Origin: Hydrolagus affinis
Taxonomy: Eukaryota
Length of the DNA: 64,000 nucleotides
Direction: 5' to 3'
NCBI GenBank assembly: GCA_012026655.1
Contig: JAAILG010000170.1
Span: forward strand, 1-64,000
The position numbers and the translations under genes are program-made. Below are positions 51,646 to 64,000 of the stretch, piece after piece (the first letter of the stretch is position 1; each line of letters starts with the position of its first letter). The notes under the pieces were generated by a model. That model did no database searches. It worked only from the letters and a program-made list of their open reading frames with translations, and was not told where the DNA came from.

Positions 51646-52220
51646 GGGATCAGTCATGTTTGAGCCTAGGCAGTGAACACCAGTGTGGGGCATCACAACA
51701 ACACCATGTTCTCATCTTTCTGCCCCGGGTGAGAAATGCAAAAATCTGGCTCTTTTGCAAGAGCCTGGTCCAGAGGAGCTGAGACCAATTGTAGCAATTT
51801 AACATAGGCAGAGACTATCTCAGGCAGCACAGACCAGAAGGCAGTTTTGCTGAACACAGTGATTTAGTTAACCAAGCAATTAGTGGAGCCCTGCTCATGT
51901 TTTACAGAGGATATAGTGTGGTCCTACTTGTCTCTGATGCCACATTTAAGACAAGTGAACTCAGACAACATAGGACTGGAGGAACAGAGTTACAAACGTG
52001 ATATTGGGTCCACAAGTTGATTAAATGTGGTAGCCGAGCAGGGATCCCTGTGGTGTTCTGTTTAATACAATTCAAAACTAATTTACAGTTTCTATAAAGC
52101 TCCTTGTTTAAATACAGTATTGAAGAAGTAGAGAGCCTTCCGTACATTGAGAAGGTGTAACTCCACATCTTCAGCACCAACTATGGATATCTGTGGGTTT
52201 GTGAATTCTGAGTAAATATT

Positions 52221-52586
52221 AAAAATCCTCGCATTTGATGGAGAGCCTGTATCATTAATAACATTTCAAGGTGCTTCACAAAGTTTGTGTGAAGTGCAGT
52301 GACTTGAGTAGTTGACTTTGGCAGCGAATTTGCGCATAGTAATACCCGAAAACATTTATGAAGTGAATATCACAGGGAATGACTCCTTTCCCTTTTCGAA
52401 TTGTGCCACAGGATATTTAACATCCACCTCCACAGGCAGACAAGCTCAATTTAACATCTCATCAGGACATCTCTAAATATGCGACTCCCTCAACATTGCA
52501 TTTGCGTATCAATCTGAAAATCCCAACGTGGGACATGAACCAACAACATTTTGACCTAAAGGCACAAGTACAATCAACTAAGCCAC
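52221..52586 (-). mobile_element. Deu-domain SINE, near full length
   Basis: cttttcgaattgtgccacaggatatttaacatccacct...atttaacatctcatc; tRNA-like head at 52530-52586. Confidence 0.75.
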
Positions 52587-52934
52587 GCTGACACAAGAGT
52601 ATGAGGGAATGTAGTTTGATGGGGGGATTAGATTTCTTTGATTCATTCACTTATCATCATTGATACATTTTTGAGATGTTTAAGCATTACCTTCAGGGCG
52701 GACGTTTGTTTGAAGGAGAGGTTGTGTTTCCTCAGATGTCAATGCAGAGGAAAGAATGCAGCTGTGGGAGATTCCTGGCCACATGGGGAGCTCTCAACTG
52801 TTCAAAACAGTCTTGTGGAGATAAAAAAAGCATTGCACAAGTGTGATCATACTGCGCCCGAAGCACACACTGATTCCAAAAAGAAAGTGCCTCTAATTGT
52901 GCGTATATTAAAAATATGCCCTTCTCACCTACAC

Positions 52935-53230
52935 CATGGTTTGCTCTGTGTCCCCTGCCCGACCCGTCCTACCATCGGTGGCCGGGTTTTCAGCCTCTCT
53001 GCCCCCACATTCTGGAACTCCATCCCACAGTCGCTTTGCCTCGCTTCCTCCCTTACCTCCTTCAAGGCTGATCTCAAGACCCTCTTCTTCGATCTTGCCT
53101 TCTGTCGCCCTCCAAACTCTCTCCCTCCCTGTCCCTCTTCCTTGCTCAGGTCCTGACCCCTGACTGTTCAGCACCTTGGGACGTTCTCTAGACATGAAAG
53201 GCACTCTATAAATGTAATTTTCTTGTTGTT
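52935..53230 (+). mobile_element. L2 LINE 3' end
   Basis: RPTIGGRVFSLSAPTFWNSIPQSLCLASSLTSFKADLKTLFFDLAF plus tail. Confidence 0.92.
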
Positions 53231-53464
53231 CTACACCTCTTGAGCTAAAATTTGGTGTGAATGTGGCCTTTCTCTATGTCCTCCATTTTGACCCTTTGAC
53301 CTTGATAGTGCCACAAATGTGACAGACAGAACTAGACACAGGTAGCACAGAAGGCAGCCATTTGACCCATTGTGTCTATGCCATTACTACCTGTGTCATT
53401 TAATTACTTTCTTTAAAAAAATCTAGAATATATATATATGCATTTATCAACCCAAGGCTCGACT

Positions 53465-53936
53465 ATGGAAACTCCCTCCCTTTGGAATTCCATCCCACAA
53501 TCCCTTCGCCTTGCTCCCTTCCTTGCCTCCTTCAAGGCCTAACTCAAGACCCTTGTTATTGACCATGCCTTCAGCCACAGCCCAAACTCTACTCTCCCTC
53601 ATCCCAACCCTGCCCCTCCTCTCTCCCCCCCACCCCCCCACTATCCCCATGCTCGGGTCCTGACCCCTGACTGCTCAGCAGGATATCCTCCGAACACGAA
53701 AGGCGCTCTACAAATGCAATCTTGTTGTTGTTGCCCTGGCAACCAGTCCTCCAGATAAAATTGGTCACTCACTTCATGGCTGTTTTTGGAACATTGGTGT
53801 GCATGAATTGGCTGCTGCATTCACCTACAAAATACACAGTCAGTAAAATACACTTTACAGTAAAATCCTGTAAAGTGCTTTGAGACGTCCCCCAACACGA
53901 AAAGTGCCGCATCAAATGCAGGGATTATTATTATTT
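53465..53936 (+). mobile_element. L2 3' end (53465-53733) directly followed by a SINE 3' half (53735-53936)
   Basis: tggaattccatcccacaatcccttcgccttgc...gaaaggcgctctacaaatgc; then cctggcaaccagtcctccagataaaattgg. Confidence 0.85.
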
Positions 53937-55169
53937 TTTTATTAATCCAGTTCCTTTTTGAATGATTCTATTGATCCAGCCTTAAATCTGGGGCATTCGA
54001 AGGGTAGAAAGGGAATTGCTGTGCGTTAAGTAGTTTTACATTTCGCTTATTCATTCTGTAATACTGAGCATAGCAAATTACAGAAAGTGAGATTTGTAGC
54101 TACCTTAACTGCCCACGTGTGGCATCTTTTGATGTAATAGCTGTGGTGCACCTTTTAAGGATTCTGAGCATCTCTTGTGTCCCTTATAGGGAATAGACAC
54201 ATCCTTCATCGCAGACAAGTCTTCCGTATACAGCCTCCCAAAATAGACATAATCTCAAAGTCTGAAATAATGTTTGGCAACAATAAATGTATCCAGTAAA
54301 TCTAATCCTTGGTGTGTACTCACAGCCCCCTGAATTGAGTACTATTGCATCACATTAATATTGCATTAAAGCAGCCTTAAAATGTAATTGGACATCAAAG
54401 ACTCGTCCCACCACTTCTCCCTCAATCTCAGTAAAGCTAGTGTAGATTTGCTGGTTTTCTCCTAATTGTTGAGGCCTGCCTTTGCTGCTTCAGGTTAGCT
54501 GGTAGTCAGACATATTGCTGTACACAGCAATGGAGTCCACCTGGAAAGTTATTTGCGGATACAAACTGACCCGCAGTCGCTCACAAGACAAGAGGAAACT
54601 GCATTCTCTCTTCCCTGCCCCCTTTTAAATCATTTAGTCAGGTTTTGGAACCTACCATATGTTATTTATCAAGAGTGTGTGATGAGTACAGTACCATTTT
54701 CTAGCATTAATAACCTCTGCTGTGCATGCTGACTGTTATCGTGATGCATTTTATTACCAACAACAACAAATAAATGCCTGAAGCCTGCAGACTTGCTCAC
54801 TGGTTGGAGGCACATTTCCCTGGAGAAAGGCACATCTTCAACTGCAACTATAATGCTGGAACACATGTAATGAGTGCACATGCACACACCTGAGACACTG
54901 GTGTATAAAAGTCTTGAGTTTCTGCAATGCTACATAGAATTGCATGGACGGTACGGCATAGACACAGTGCATTCAGCGTAACCAATCAGTGATGGTGAGC
55001 TGGCACTCGAATGCAGTGCTAAGGGGGATGGTTGCATTGTCAGAGGTTCCATCCTTAGGATAATATGTTAAGCTGTGTGTGTGTCTGAGTGTATATGTGT
55101 GCTCTGTCTGCTCAGATGGATTCTGAAGAAAGTTTCTACCCATATTCATGGCCATCAAATTTCCCAAAT

Positions 55170-55475
55170 AAAATATTAGTCACTCTCCATGGCTGTTTGT
55201 GGGACAAACTGGCTTCCCACCAAACACACATTCAAACCACTTTACAGTGTATACCATGAAGGGCTTTGAGACGTCTTGACAACATGATAATAATAATAAT
55301 CCTTGCATTTGATGTAGCGCTTTTCATGTCTTATAGACGTCTCAAAGTGTTTCGCAGAATTTTCTGTAAAGTGAATTGACTGTATATTTGTTGGCGAAAT
55401 GTGGCCAATTGCACACAGCAGTGTCACACAAACAGCCATGGATTGAAATGACCAATTTTCTTATTGCTTTTTATT
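55170..55475. mobile_element. Tail-to-tail inverted SINE pair
   Basis: Plus copy 55170-55290 abuts minus copy 55288-55475 across a (TAA)n tract. Confidence 0.82.
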
Positions 55476-57519
55476 ATAATGGTAAGGTGCTAAGTCAAAT
55501 GCAAGGTTTTTTTATTGAAGGAATTCCAGTTAGAAATCCCATTAAAACCGAAGGGGAACTCTGCACTGGGAGTAGGTGGCATTGGGCTGGAGATCACCGG
55601 TTGAACATATGTATTTCCACTTACCAGAAGCAATTTCTCCGACACCATTCATGCTATTTAGAAACGCCACCACTCTGATTACAAAAGTACAATCATGAGT
55701 TGGAGCACCTGCCGTTGCACACAAATTCAGAGTTTGATTAGAGACCGATTGCAATAGACCCGCTCAGCTGGACTTTATTTAAACATCAGAATTGCAGACA
55801 ACACTATAAGAGCTCCCTATAAAGAGCTCCCAGAATTACTTAAACATCTCTCTCCTCCTCCTCCCAGCCCCCCTCCCCCTCCCCACCCCCTTTTCCATTT
55901 GTCCTTGCATGCAACATTTCACGTTATTTAAAAAAAATCCTAATTGTATTTAAAATACATGGCCATTCCAAAACTGTATTCTGTTCTGCATGTAGCTTCA
56001 TGGGCTAAGTGCTCCAGTTCACAATGTTGGATTATAAAGTGAGGAACTGCAGAGACCTGCAGTGAATCTCAAGTGTGGCTTCACCACAGTAATTACTGTA
56101 GGAAGGTAATAGCTGAACTGAATTGTTCACAGCACAGTCTCCCCTGGCTGTGACAGAGTAACACGCTGCACCTTGCGAGGCTGATATTTTGCTAAATGTG
56201 ACATTATATTTATATAAAGGTCACTTGTAACCAGCGCTGTTAAATAATTATTTTCTCAGTACATCAGACCAGCCACCATAGATATGGCTCCCTCAATGGT
56301 GCACATTTCATTAATTTTATGACATCGATTCAGATGTTTTGCTCTTATTTATACTTCCTATTTGAGATATCTCAAAATTCATAAGTCACCCCCTCCTTCT
56401 TCCCTCCCTCCCCTACCATATCCGCACTCCCCACCCCCCGCACACCAAACCTGCTACTACGCTGCTTAGAGGTAACAACGACCACAAAATTACATTTGTA
56501 TAGAGCCTTTCACGTCAGAAGGACGTCCCGAGTCTTACAGAGGAGTATAGGGCTACTTATTTATTGCCGCCTGGCTTGGCATAAATAGGGCTGTTGAGTC
56601 TCGATGTGATCACAGTTATCACAGTTTCTTATTGTTCCATCACTACTAAATTATTAGTCAACTGGGGTACAACTGAAGAGAAAGCTGTGTAGGAAATGTA
56701 AAATGCTGTGGTTGGGTTGTGAAAGCGATCGTTTGTGGGCAATATTTTTCTTCAGCTCATTTTAAGCAGTGCTGGTCAACCCTAATCCTCTAGGCAACAT
56801 CTGCAGCACCATTAGTGCGCATGGCAGCAAATTGCTCCACTGTAGACCACAGTTAAAATTTACCACAGAAATCATGATGCTATTGCTTTGTGAGGCACTT
56901 CATTGCAGTACATGTACTTTCTTTTGAAGATCTTATTTCATGGAATGAAACCAGAAGTTGGTTCTCATTAGTATTACACATGAGGTTATAGCACAGGTTG
57001 CTTCAGGGTCGACGTACTGAAAGGAGAGAGTTAAGAGGTGAGATTCTTGGTTGCAAGGTTTGCCTTTCGACGGAACTCGCGGAACAAAAGGAAAGCAAAG
57101 AGATAAAAAGTAAAGCTCCGGATAATTATAGAGGGAAGGAAAGGCTGGAGTACAAATGGGACAATGTGTGAAATAGGATGAATAATGAGATACTTAAGGA
57201 GTTAAAGGAGAGGAGGGAGATGATAGCAGCAGACATAGGAAGCAAGAGTTGGCACAAAGCAGACTGGAGCAGTAATGAAGGGGAGAAAAGGTTAGATTTT
57301 CTGAGCTGTAAAACGAGTGTTACAGAAGGAGGGCCAAGTGACAGATAGGATTGTCTATTAAGAGACAGTGTAATCATTTATTGCAGGGAGTAAGTGGTGT
57401 TGAAGATCATAAGTTTCTGCTCCAGATCGGTATCCAGTGACCTCTACTGGAACATGCATGAATGCAGACATCTTTGAAACCATTTTTTTCTTGTGGATTT
57501 TGCTTGAAAATTGAAGATT

Positions 57520-57960
57520 GTGCATTAGTTAGTCTATACAATGCACAGCTTATCACACGTTACAGTATATCCTGTGAGGGCTTTTGGGCATCCTGTCAAT
57601 ATGAAAGCCACTTTATCAAATCCAAGGATTATTATTGTTAATAAGTCATTCTAAAACTGTGGTCTTAATCTTAAGAAAATGAGAAATTGCAGGTGAGCAA
57701 ATGATCAAAAGATTTTCAAATACTTAATGGAAAAAAGAACTTGAATTTTTGTAGAACCTTATACCTCAAAATGTCTCACTTTACAAAAAATACTACTAAT
57801 AATAATCCTTCCATTTGAAATGGCACCTTCCATATCAGGAAGATCTATCTAGTGCACTGACTGTGTTTTGTCGGTGAAGACTGCAGCCAATTTGCGTCCA
57901 GCAATTTCTCTCAACCAGCCACAAAGTGAATGATCAGTTTTATCTGGGGGATTGTTGGCT
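57520..57960. mobile_element. SINE fragments: + at 57520-57640, - at 57795-57960
   Basis: tgtgagggcttttgggcatcc...caaggattattatt; aataataatccttccatttga...gcagccaatttgc...ttttatctggggg. Confidence 0.7.
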
Positions 57961-58571
57961 GGGACTTGGGGAGATACTACCTTATCGAGATCAGTTATTT
58001 CACTACAGAAAGGGAAACTCGCTAAGGCAGCAGATGTGAAGGTTTCCACAGTCCTGAGTTGATCAAAGAAACTGTCCCAAAACACCTACCAATTTATTTG
58101 TGGAGATGAATTCTCATCATTTTGCATTTGTTTTCTACATTATTTTACTTCCACTTTCACTGTCGTTTTGCTGACAAGCAGTTCAAACGAATATTGAAGA
58201 AAACAGTTTGGATCACAAATGGGGAGCACTGCACCACGTTCACAAAGATTGTTAATTTGCTGTAGAAGTTTTTGTCAGTGAAAGACAAGAGCGAGTTATT
58301 TTTGCAGATGTCAGCAGGCATTCTTAGGCACTAAGCATACCTGGAAAAAAGGTGATAATTCAATGGCATTCGATTGAAGATGATATGAAGTGATTAAGTT
58401 CAAAAAGGCTTTCATCTATCAAGTCTGCAACAGCAGACAAAATAGAACAGAAAATGTTTTGTGGATGCTGAAGGAATCCATGTTGTATTGCAGAATAACA
58501 TCTCTCTGTGTGATTGCAGGATGCTGTGATCTTTATTTTACACATCTGTGTTTTTTATCCTTTCTCTTTAG

Positions 58572-58630
58572 TCGGAAAATTACTCCATTGAGTCAAGCTA
58601 TGTGAACAGCAGACAGCACCTTATTAAAAG
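58572..58630 (+). CDS. PCDH19: PCDH19 coding exon 2 (59 nt, SENYSIESSYVNSRQHLIK-S); equivalent of human exon 4
   Basis: Pyrimidine tract tttttatcctttctctttag| and donor AAAAG|gtaagt. Peptide matches human [20 protein letters not shown]. Phases 0/2 fit both neighbouring exons. Not in the ORF track. Confidence 0.96.
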
Positions 58631-59082
58631 GTAAGTCATGATGGCTTTTACATTAAACAGCGTGAATGCATTCAGATAATGAATGCCGTCTGCTTTGGTG
58701 CCCTTTTCTCATTATTGTTAGAAAACTGTTGTAATCCATTTACCTGACATTGTATAATTTGATCACAAAATTCTCTTGGATCAGGCTCTTTTTTTAAAAA
58801 AAGCAATATTCTGCTGGGAAACATTGCACAAGAGTGTTTGGCACAGAGCAGTCCCTTCTCAAATCACAGTTCAAACCATCGAGAAGCATACATTACAGAA
58901 GCTTTGGGAAGAAGAGACTCAGATCTGCTCGGCCTGTCAATCACAGTGATGGCTGCCAGCAGAACACTGTCTTAGGAAAGGCACTTTAAATACAACAGTA
59001 ATGAGGAGCAGGAAAGTGAGGTTGAATGACTGGAAGGACACACATTAGAAAAGCTCCCAATATCTCTTGCCAAACTTCAGCG

Positions 59083-59340
59083 GCAACAACTTGCAGTTAC
59101 ATGGCATTTCTGTCATGCAGAATTCAAGCGGTTAACAATTAACATCTGGAAGAGAGAGTTAAGGGTATTGATCAAAAGATCCAATTGAATTTTTTTTTAT
59201 CAGGAGTCTTTGTAAGGCAGAGCAAGAAAAAGCTTAAAGAGACTAGATTTAGGAAGAGTTGCAGAAAATAAAGACGCGATGTAGCTAAAGGCTCAGCCAC
59301 CAGTGGTGGGGTATTTGGAATGAGCAATGGCAACTGAACA
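59083..59340 (-). mobile_element. Old L2 3' fragment
   Basis: caacaacttgcagttacatggc...tttaggaagagttgcaga...gctaaaggctcagccaccagtggtgg. Confidence 0.6.
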
Positions 59341-60303
59341 TGAGAGACTGCAATCATTCTGTAGACTTGGATATGCATGAACGGGACTCCACTGCGTGAA
59401 ACGTCTGCTCTCTGCATTCCTCTGAGCCATTCAGACACTGGAGCTCAAAAGATAAAGTTGAAAGGGAGAAGAAAAGGGACTTGTTGTAGCTTGCTAGGAA
59501 TTTAAGAAGATTGGCATTTCCACTGGTCGGTAAAGTTACTAGCCACGGGCCATGTGCACTTCTGCATTATCAGTATTCAACGACAAGATCAGTAACTTTA
59601 CCTGAACAGCGGAATGTCATTCCTCCACCGCCTCACACACCCCCCCCTTCCCTTCACCTTAATAAAAGACGGGATTAAAGAGAAAATGTGCAGCTGAGAA
59701 GAGGCATGAAAATGTAAGTAACTCCAGGTCAAGACCTAGCATTAATCAGCTTCACAAAGGGAAGAATTTGAAGTCTCACCACAGCTTCAACAGAACTGAA
59801 CACAATATCTCAGAGGAGATTTCTTTCCAAGAGCACATTGGGGGGGTGTGGGGGGAAGGAGGAACGACATTTCAATGGAGGAACAGGAGGGGTAAAATAA
59901 ACGTATCTACTGGCATGAACATATAAAGAAAACTCTCTTCCCCACCAAGTCAGAACTGGAGCAAACTCGCAGCTTGGAGAACACTGTAGTCTTTCATTTA
60001 GACACATTCGTCAAAAGAACAATTGAGGGACAAAGCAAGCCTCAACTGCTTTCTGGGTTCTCGGCTCACGAGAGCGTACGCACAGCCCAACCTCCCCACT
60101 GGACCACAAGAATCCTCCTCATTGATATCAATAATTAAAAAGGTAGAGAGATAAACCACCTGTAGAGGTTATGTTTTCACTCTTTCCTCATGTTTATGTA
60201 CCCTACATAGAAAAAGCCATAAATAATAAATGCCAGTATTCTGCAGAGATGGGGAGAGATTGGCTGTGATTCTAAGGAGCTGCAGATTTTAAATGTTATC
60301 ATA

Positions 60304-60331
60304 TGTGTGTGTGTATATATATATATATGGG

Positions 60332-60364
<33 letters not shown>
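60304..60364. repeat. (TG)n(TA)n-GGG-(TA)n(CA)n fold-back microsatellite
   Basis: Seen directly. Confidence 0.9.
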
Positions 60365-60365
<1 letters not shown>

Positions 60366-60919
60366 AAATCGCTCTGCTACTTTGAACAGAATGGCATTTC
60401 CCAGAAATAAACCAGACCGCTTCACCCCATGTCCTTCATCCTTTGGGGAAATGGTTTGCAGAGGAGTTTCATTAAAAGATGCAAATTTGTCAAAGACCAG
60501 GTGCAGGCATCTGTATTAGTTACCCAGAAAAACAGCATTTTACATTCAACAAATGGAGAGGATTCTTTTGGCCTTTCAAAGCCTTTTGTTTACTCCTCCT
60601 ATCCCCCCACCCAGCCCCCAACCAGCACTCCGATATTGTCACCTTTTCCACTCATTGAGATGGCAGTGACTCATTTAATAGTATGGTTTCATAGGAGGCA
60701 ACACGCACGTAACTTACACAGTGGTCATGACTGCAAGTCTCCATGATATGGAGCCATAACCTGCCAGGAAGAACACCCCTCACTCAACACTCAAACCCTT
60801 CCCACAGAAGATCATTAAGAGACCAAAAACGACTAGCAGCGTTCTCCAGGTTTCCCAACTTGGGATGTTAATGACAATAGTAACATTCTCATCACTTCAC
60901 AACTCATATCATCCAACTT

Positions 60920-61150
60920 AACAACAAGGATACTTTCATTTACACAGGGGGGCTTTTTCAAGTACATCTTAAAGCGCTCGAGAAACGCAGTGGCAGACAC
61001 TGAGCAGGGAAGTGAATCGCTAGGAAGTGAGTCACGGTCGAAGAGATATGCTTTTCGCAGGTTTATCCAAGGCAGTAAAACAGTTAGAAAAGCAAAGTGA
61101 TTCCAGGAAGAATAGTCCAGAGGAGAAAGCTCAGCTGCTAATGGTGAAGT
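60920..61150 (-). mobile_element. Old L2 3' fragment
   Basis: ttaaagcgctc...ggtcgaagagatatgctttt...cagctgctaatggtg. Confidence 0.55.
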
Positions 61151-63146
61151 GGAAGGGCCAGAGCAATAGGCAATAAACTAGAGTTAGAAGAGTGCAAAAC
61201 TAAAGGCTGAATAAGATTGCATAACTAGAACCTAATTCAGCCCCCCACATAATGTGTTAACCTATTTAAAACATTAGGGATGGGGTGTTGGGGGAGGGGG
61301 TGGGGTGGCAGGGAGTGGAGAGGCCAAAGTATTTTGGCTTTGCAAAAGATTTTTTTTCTGAAAAATATAATGGAACATAATGAAATCCATATTTCTAGGT
61401 CCAGGCATGAACTAGAATAAGTTTTGGTTTAGAAAAAAAAGTGTTGCACTATTCTTCTAGTGTTTTATAGCTGTTGGGTGTTTCTTTGTTGCATGAATTT
61501 TGAGCAACCAGTGGACTATCGAATGTCAATTACAGCTTAAACTCTGTACCGTTTCTCTGCAGAATTGCCATGTAAATTTTTAATGTGGAGTGCTGTAAAG
61601 CTGAAGAGAAATGAACTGTGCCTGGAATATTCCTGAATTCACAATGTTCTCTAAATGAACTAAAAAAAATTCTGTAATGAGCGATATTATTTATTTCAGT
61701 GTGAAAATCCTCCCTGAACACTGAGAGCAGAATGGCAACACTCGTCAGCTAGGGAGGCTCTCTCAATTTCATGCCAGATATAATTAACCTTCTCGTTTCT
61801 CAGGCAGATGTAATTTGAGGGGAAAAAAAATGGGTTGGTTAGCTAGGGCTGGGAAAACCTGGGGCTATCTCTTCCCCTTGCTGAGCTGCATTTTGTCACT
61901 TACACACACAGTCACAATCACTCACTCACTCACTCACTCGCACACACAGCCCGTGAAAGAATCCCATTGCTGCAGCAGCAGCGAATCTCATCTCTACATT
62001 TTGAATTACACGAAATAGAAAATGGAATAAGGTTGTTGAGTCAGTGGGTTTACCAGGAAGTCAACGAGCGTGGCCCCTTGCAGACGAGCACACACCGTCT
62101 CAATCAGTATTCAGCTGTGGCATATGATGAACCACAGGGTTTTAAATATATAATTTTTTATATATAAATATATATGTATATAGGTCACAGGGCCTGAAAA
62201 TAATGGTGCAGGTTTCACTGTGCTTTGTGCATGTGATGACATGTTGTTGACATGGTCACATTCCCACTGAGAAGCTGACAATGTTGGTGAGGGAAGGAAA
62301 GAATATTATACAGTAACATTACGAGGCATCTGAAATATATTTAATTATTCTGCACACAGATAGCTGTAACTAACAGATTGAGAGAGAGATATCATTAATG
62401 TAGCTGGGGCTGATTACCATCTTTTTCTGTGTTTGCACATGTGTCACAGATGAACATTTTCTCTTTTTCTTGCCTCTGCTTCTTTTCAAGATTATCTTGA
62501 AAACACTGAATAAACACCTTTTATATTTAATTATAGAATATATAGTTTTGTGTTACGAAAACTGCCCAACTATTTGTCCTTTCTTTGCTTTTGGAAGTAC
62601 AAAGACCTGTGTGTGTGTGTTTTAAGATATCTAATTATCTAACCTGATGTTACAAGGAAATCGTCTCCCTTTTGATTTGATTGACTCAATCTCAATCGTC
62701 TTTTTTTTAGTCTTTAAAGTCATTTAAATTCCATGGTAACAATCTGGCCGCAGTGATTTCCCTATGAAATCAGGTCAGACGCGCACAAGTAATCATCACC
62801 CAGTCAATCCTGAGAACATTAAGTTGACCTGAAATTGACCAGGAGTCCCCGGGAAAAGAGATTGGGCAGCTTTAACACAAGCCATTTACCAGAGCAGGAG
62901 AAGAAGGCAATAGACATAGAACTAAATTTGCTTTGTCTTACTTAGGAACCAGAAATCCTCTTAGAGAGAAAAAAAATGACCCCTTGACTTTGATACATTT
63001 TGACACAGGCTGTAATGTATGGCAATATGTTTTTGATATACTTCAATATGAAGCAATATGTATTGCAATACATTTCTTTTCCATAAGGGGAACATTATCT
63101 GATACTGCTTGGCATGACAATAAATCAGTCTTGCTTCACACTTCAG

Positions 63147-63319
63147 TAGTTCCACATTCAAGGATCTGGAAAGAAACAGTCTCAAGGACAGCGGACACGA
63201 AGAAAGTGACCAAACTGACAGCGAACATGATGTGCATCGAGGCCTGTACTGTGACACAGCCATCAATGAAGTACTGAATACAACTCTTAATTCCACTGGC
63301 TCACAGGTACCTGAGCAAG
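63147..63319 (+). CDS. PCDH19: PCDH19 coding exon 3 (173 nt, CM1 motif; [57 protein letters not shown]); equivalent of human exon 5
   Basis: Acceptor cttcag|tag and donor CAAG|gtaagg. Contains delta-protocadherin CM1 [16 protein letters not shown]. Phase-2 start completes the AG|T Ser codon from exon 2. Confidence 0.97.
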
Positions 63320-63470
63320 GTAAGGCGATGAAAGAAATTGGGGGTGAAATGTGCAGCCTTTCATGATGGGTTCTTTGGACAAGGATTACAAACTCCAGAA
63401 ATTTCAGCTCTTTGAGGGAAAAAATCTCTTCTTTTGTATTTGTTTGAAGAGAATTTCAACTTTGAGAAAG

Positions 63471-63860
63471 AATAATAATATTATAATAATCCTTGCATTT
63501 GATATAAGCGCCTTATCATGTCATCGAGGCATCTCAAAGCGCTTTGTGGAATATATTTTAAGATGACTGACTGTACATTTTGTGGGCAAAACAGGCAGCC
63601 GATTGTGGGCAGTAGTGTCCCACAAGCAGTCGTAAATTGGGTGTTCCAAATTATTATTATTTATGAAATTATGCTATGCACAATCAGGATAAAACCCATA
63701 AATACACAGGCAACTAGACTAATAATAATCCTTGCATCTTATATAGCGCCTCATCCTGTTGTTTAGACATCTCAACGCACTTCATAGGATACACTGTAAA
63801 ATTGACTGTATTTTGTGGAGAAACAGCGGCAGCCAATTGCGCACAGCAGAGTAAGTCGCA
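63471..63860 (-). mobile_element. Two antisense SINE 3' fragments (63471-63660, 63721-63860)
   Basis: aataataatccttgcatttgatataagcgcc...; aataataatccttgcatcttatatagcgcc...gcagccaattgcgcacagca. Confidence 0.88.
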
Positions 63861-64000
63861 TCCAATTCTATAAATAATGAAATTAAATATCCTATGAAAA
63901 ATCCTTTTCAAATCACATTTATTTTTGTAGGACAGATTGTAAATCAATTGAGGTTTTCACTGCTTTATAGAATATAATATCCTATAGGGTGGTTTTCTGA

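Larger units (their letters stand above)
3864..58571 (+). other. PCDH19: PCDH19 intron, 54,708 bp, GT-AG
   Basis: Bounded by GTGAGT donor and ctttag acceptor; joins PLPE|SENY in frame. Confidence 0.92.
58631..63146 (+). other. PCDH19: PCDH19 intron, 4,516 bp, GT-AG
   Basis: gtaagt donor and cttcag acceptor; in-frame join HLIKS|SSTF. Confidence 0.93.

Noticed and set aside
53167-53187. REST/RE1 site TTCAGCACCTTGGGACG in an L2 tail
   Set aside because: Left half matches but the right half is shifted and lacks ACAGCGCC.
4100-58500. Remaining 60-170 aa ORFs in the intron
   Set aside because: Lengths expected by chance, mostly non-ATG starts, or explained by L2/CR1/SINE fragments.
63304-63312. 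Alternative donor CAG|GTACCT inside exon 3
   Set aside because: Weak +4 to +6 positions, would frameshift by 13 nt, and the 63319 donor gives the conserved 173-nt length.

Overview
Vertebrate genomic DNA, most likely a cartilaginous fish. That assignment is inferred from the repeat landscape (Deu-domain SINEs, L2 and CR1 3' ends, Penelope hairpins) and is not proven. The window holds the 5' part of the delta-2 protocadherin gene PCDH19 on the + strand. It has a microsatellite-rich promoter/5'UTR and a large CpG-rich first coding exon (1377/1410-3863: signal peptide, six cadherin repeats, TM, proximal tail). A 54.7-kb intron follows, then a 59-nt exon (58572-58630), a 4.5-kb intron and a 173-nt CM1 exon (63147-63319). 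The last exon (CM2/WIRS) lies beyond the window. The introns are filled with tRNA-derived SINEs, L2/CR1 fragments, a pogo/Tigger-like MITE and Penelope-like hairpins. I find no convincing new multi-gene system. The best leads are the missing human intron/exon 2 in exon 1, a conserved NAGNAG acceptor, uORFs at the start codon, a TSD-flanked Penelope hairpin with a hammerhead-like core, an empty/filled SINE site pair in cis, and a perfect 36-bp palindrome. Repeat boundaries and family names were read by eye and are approximate.
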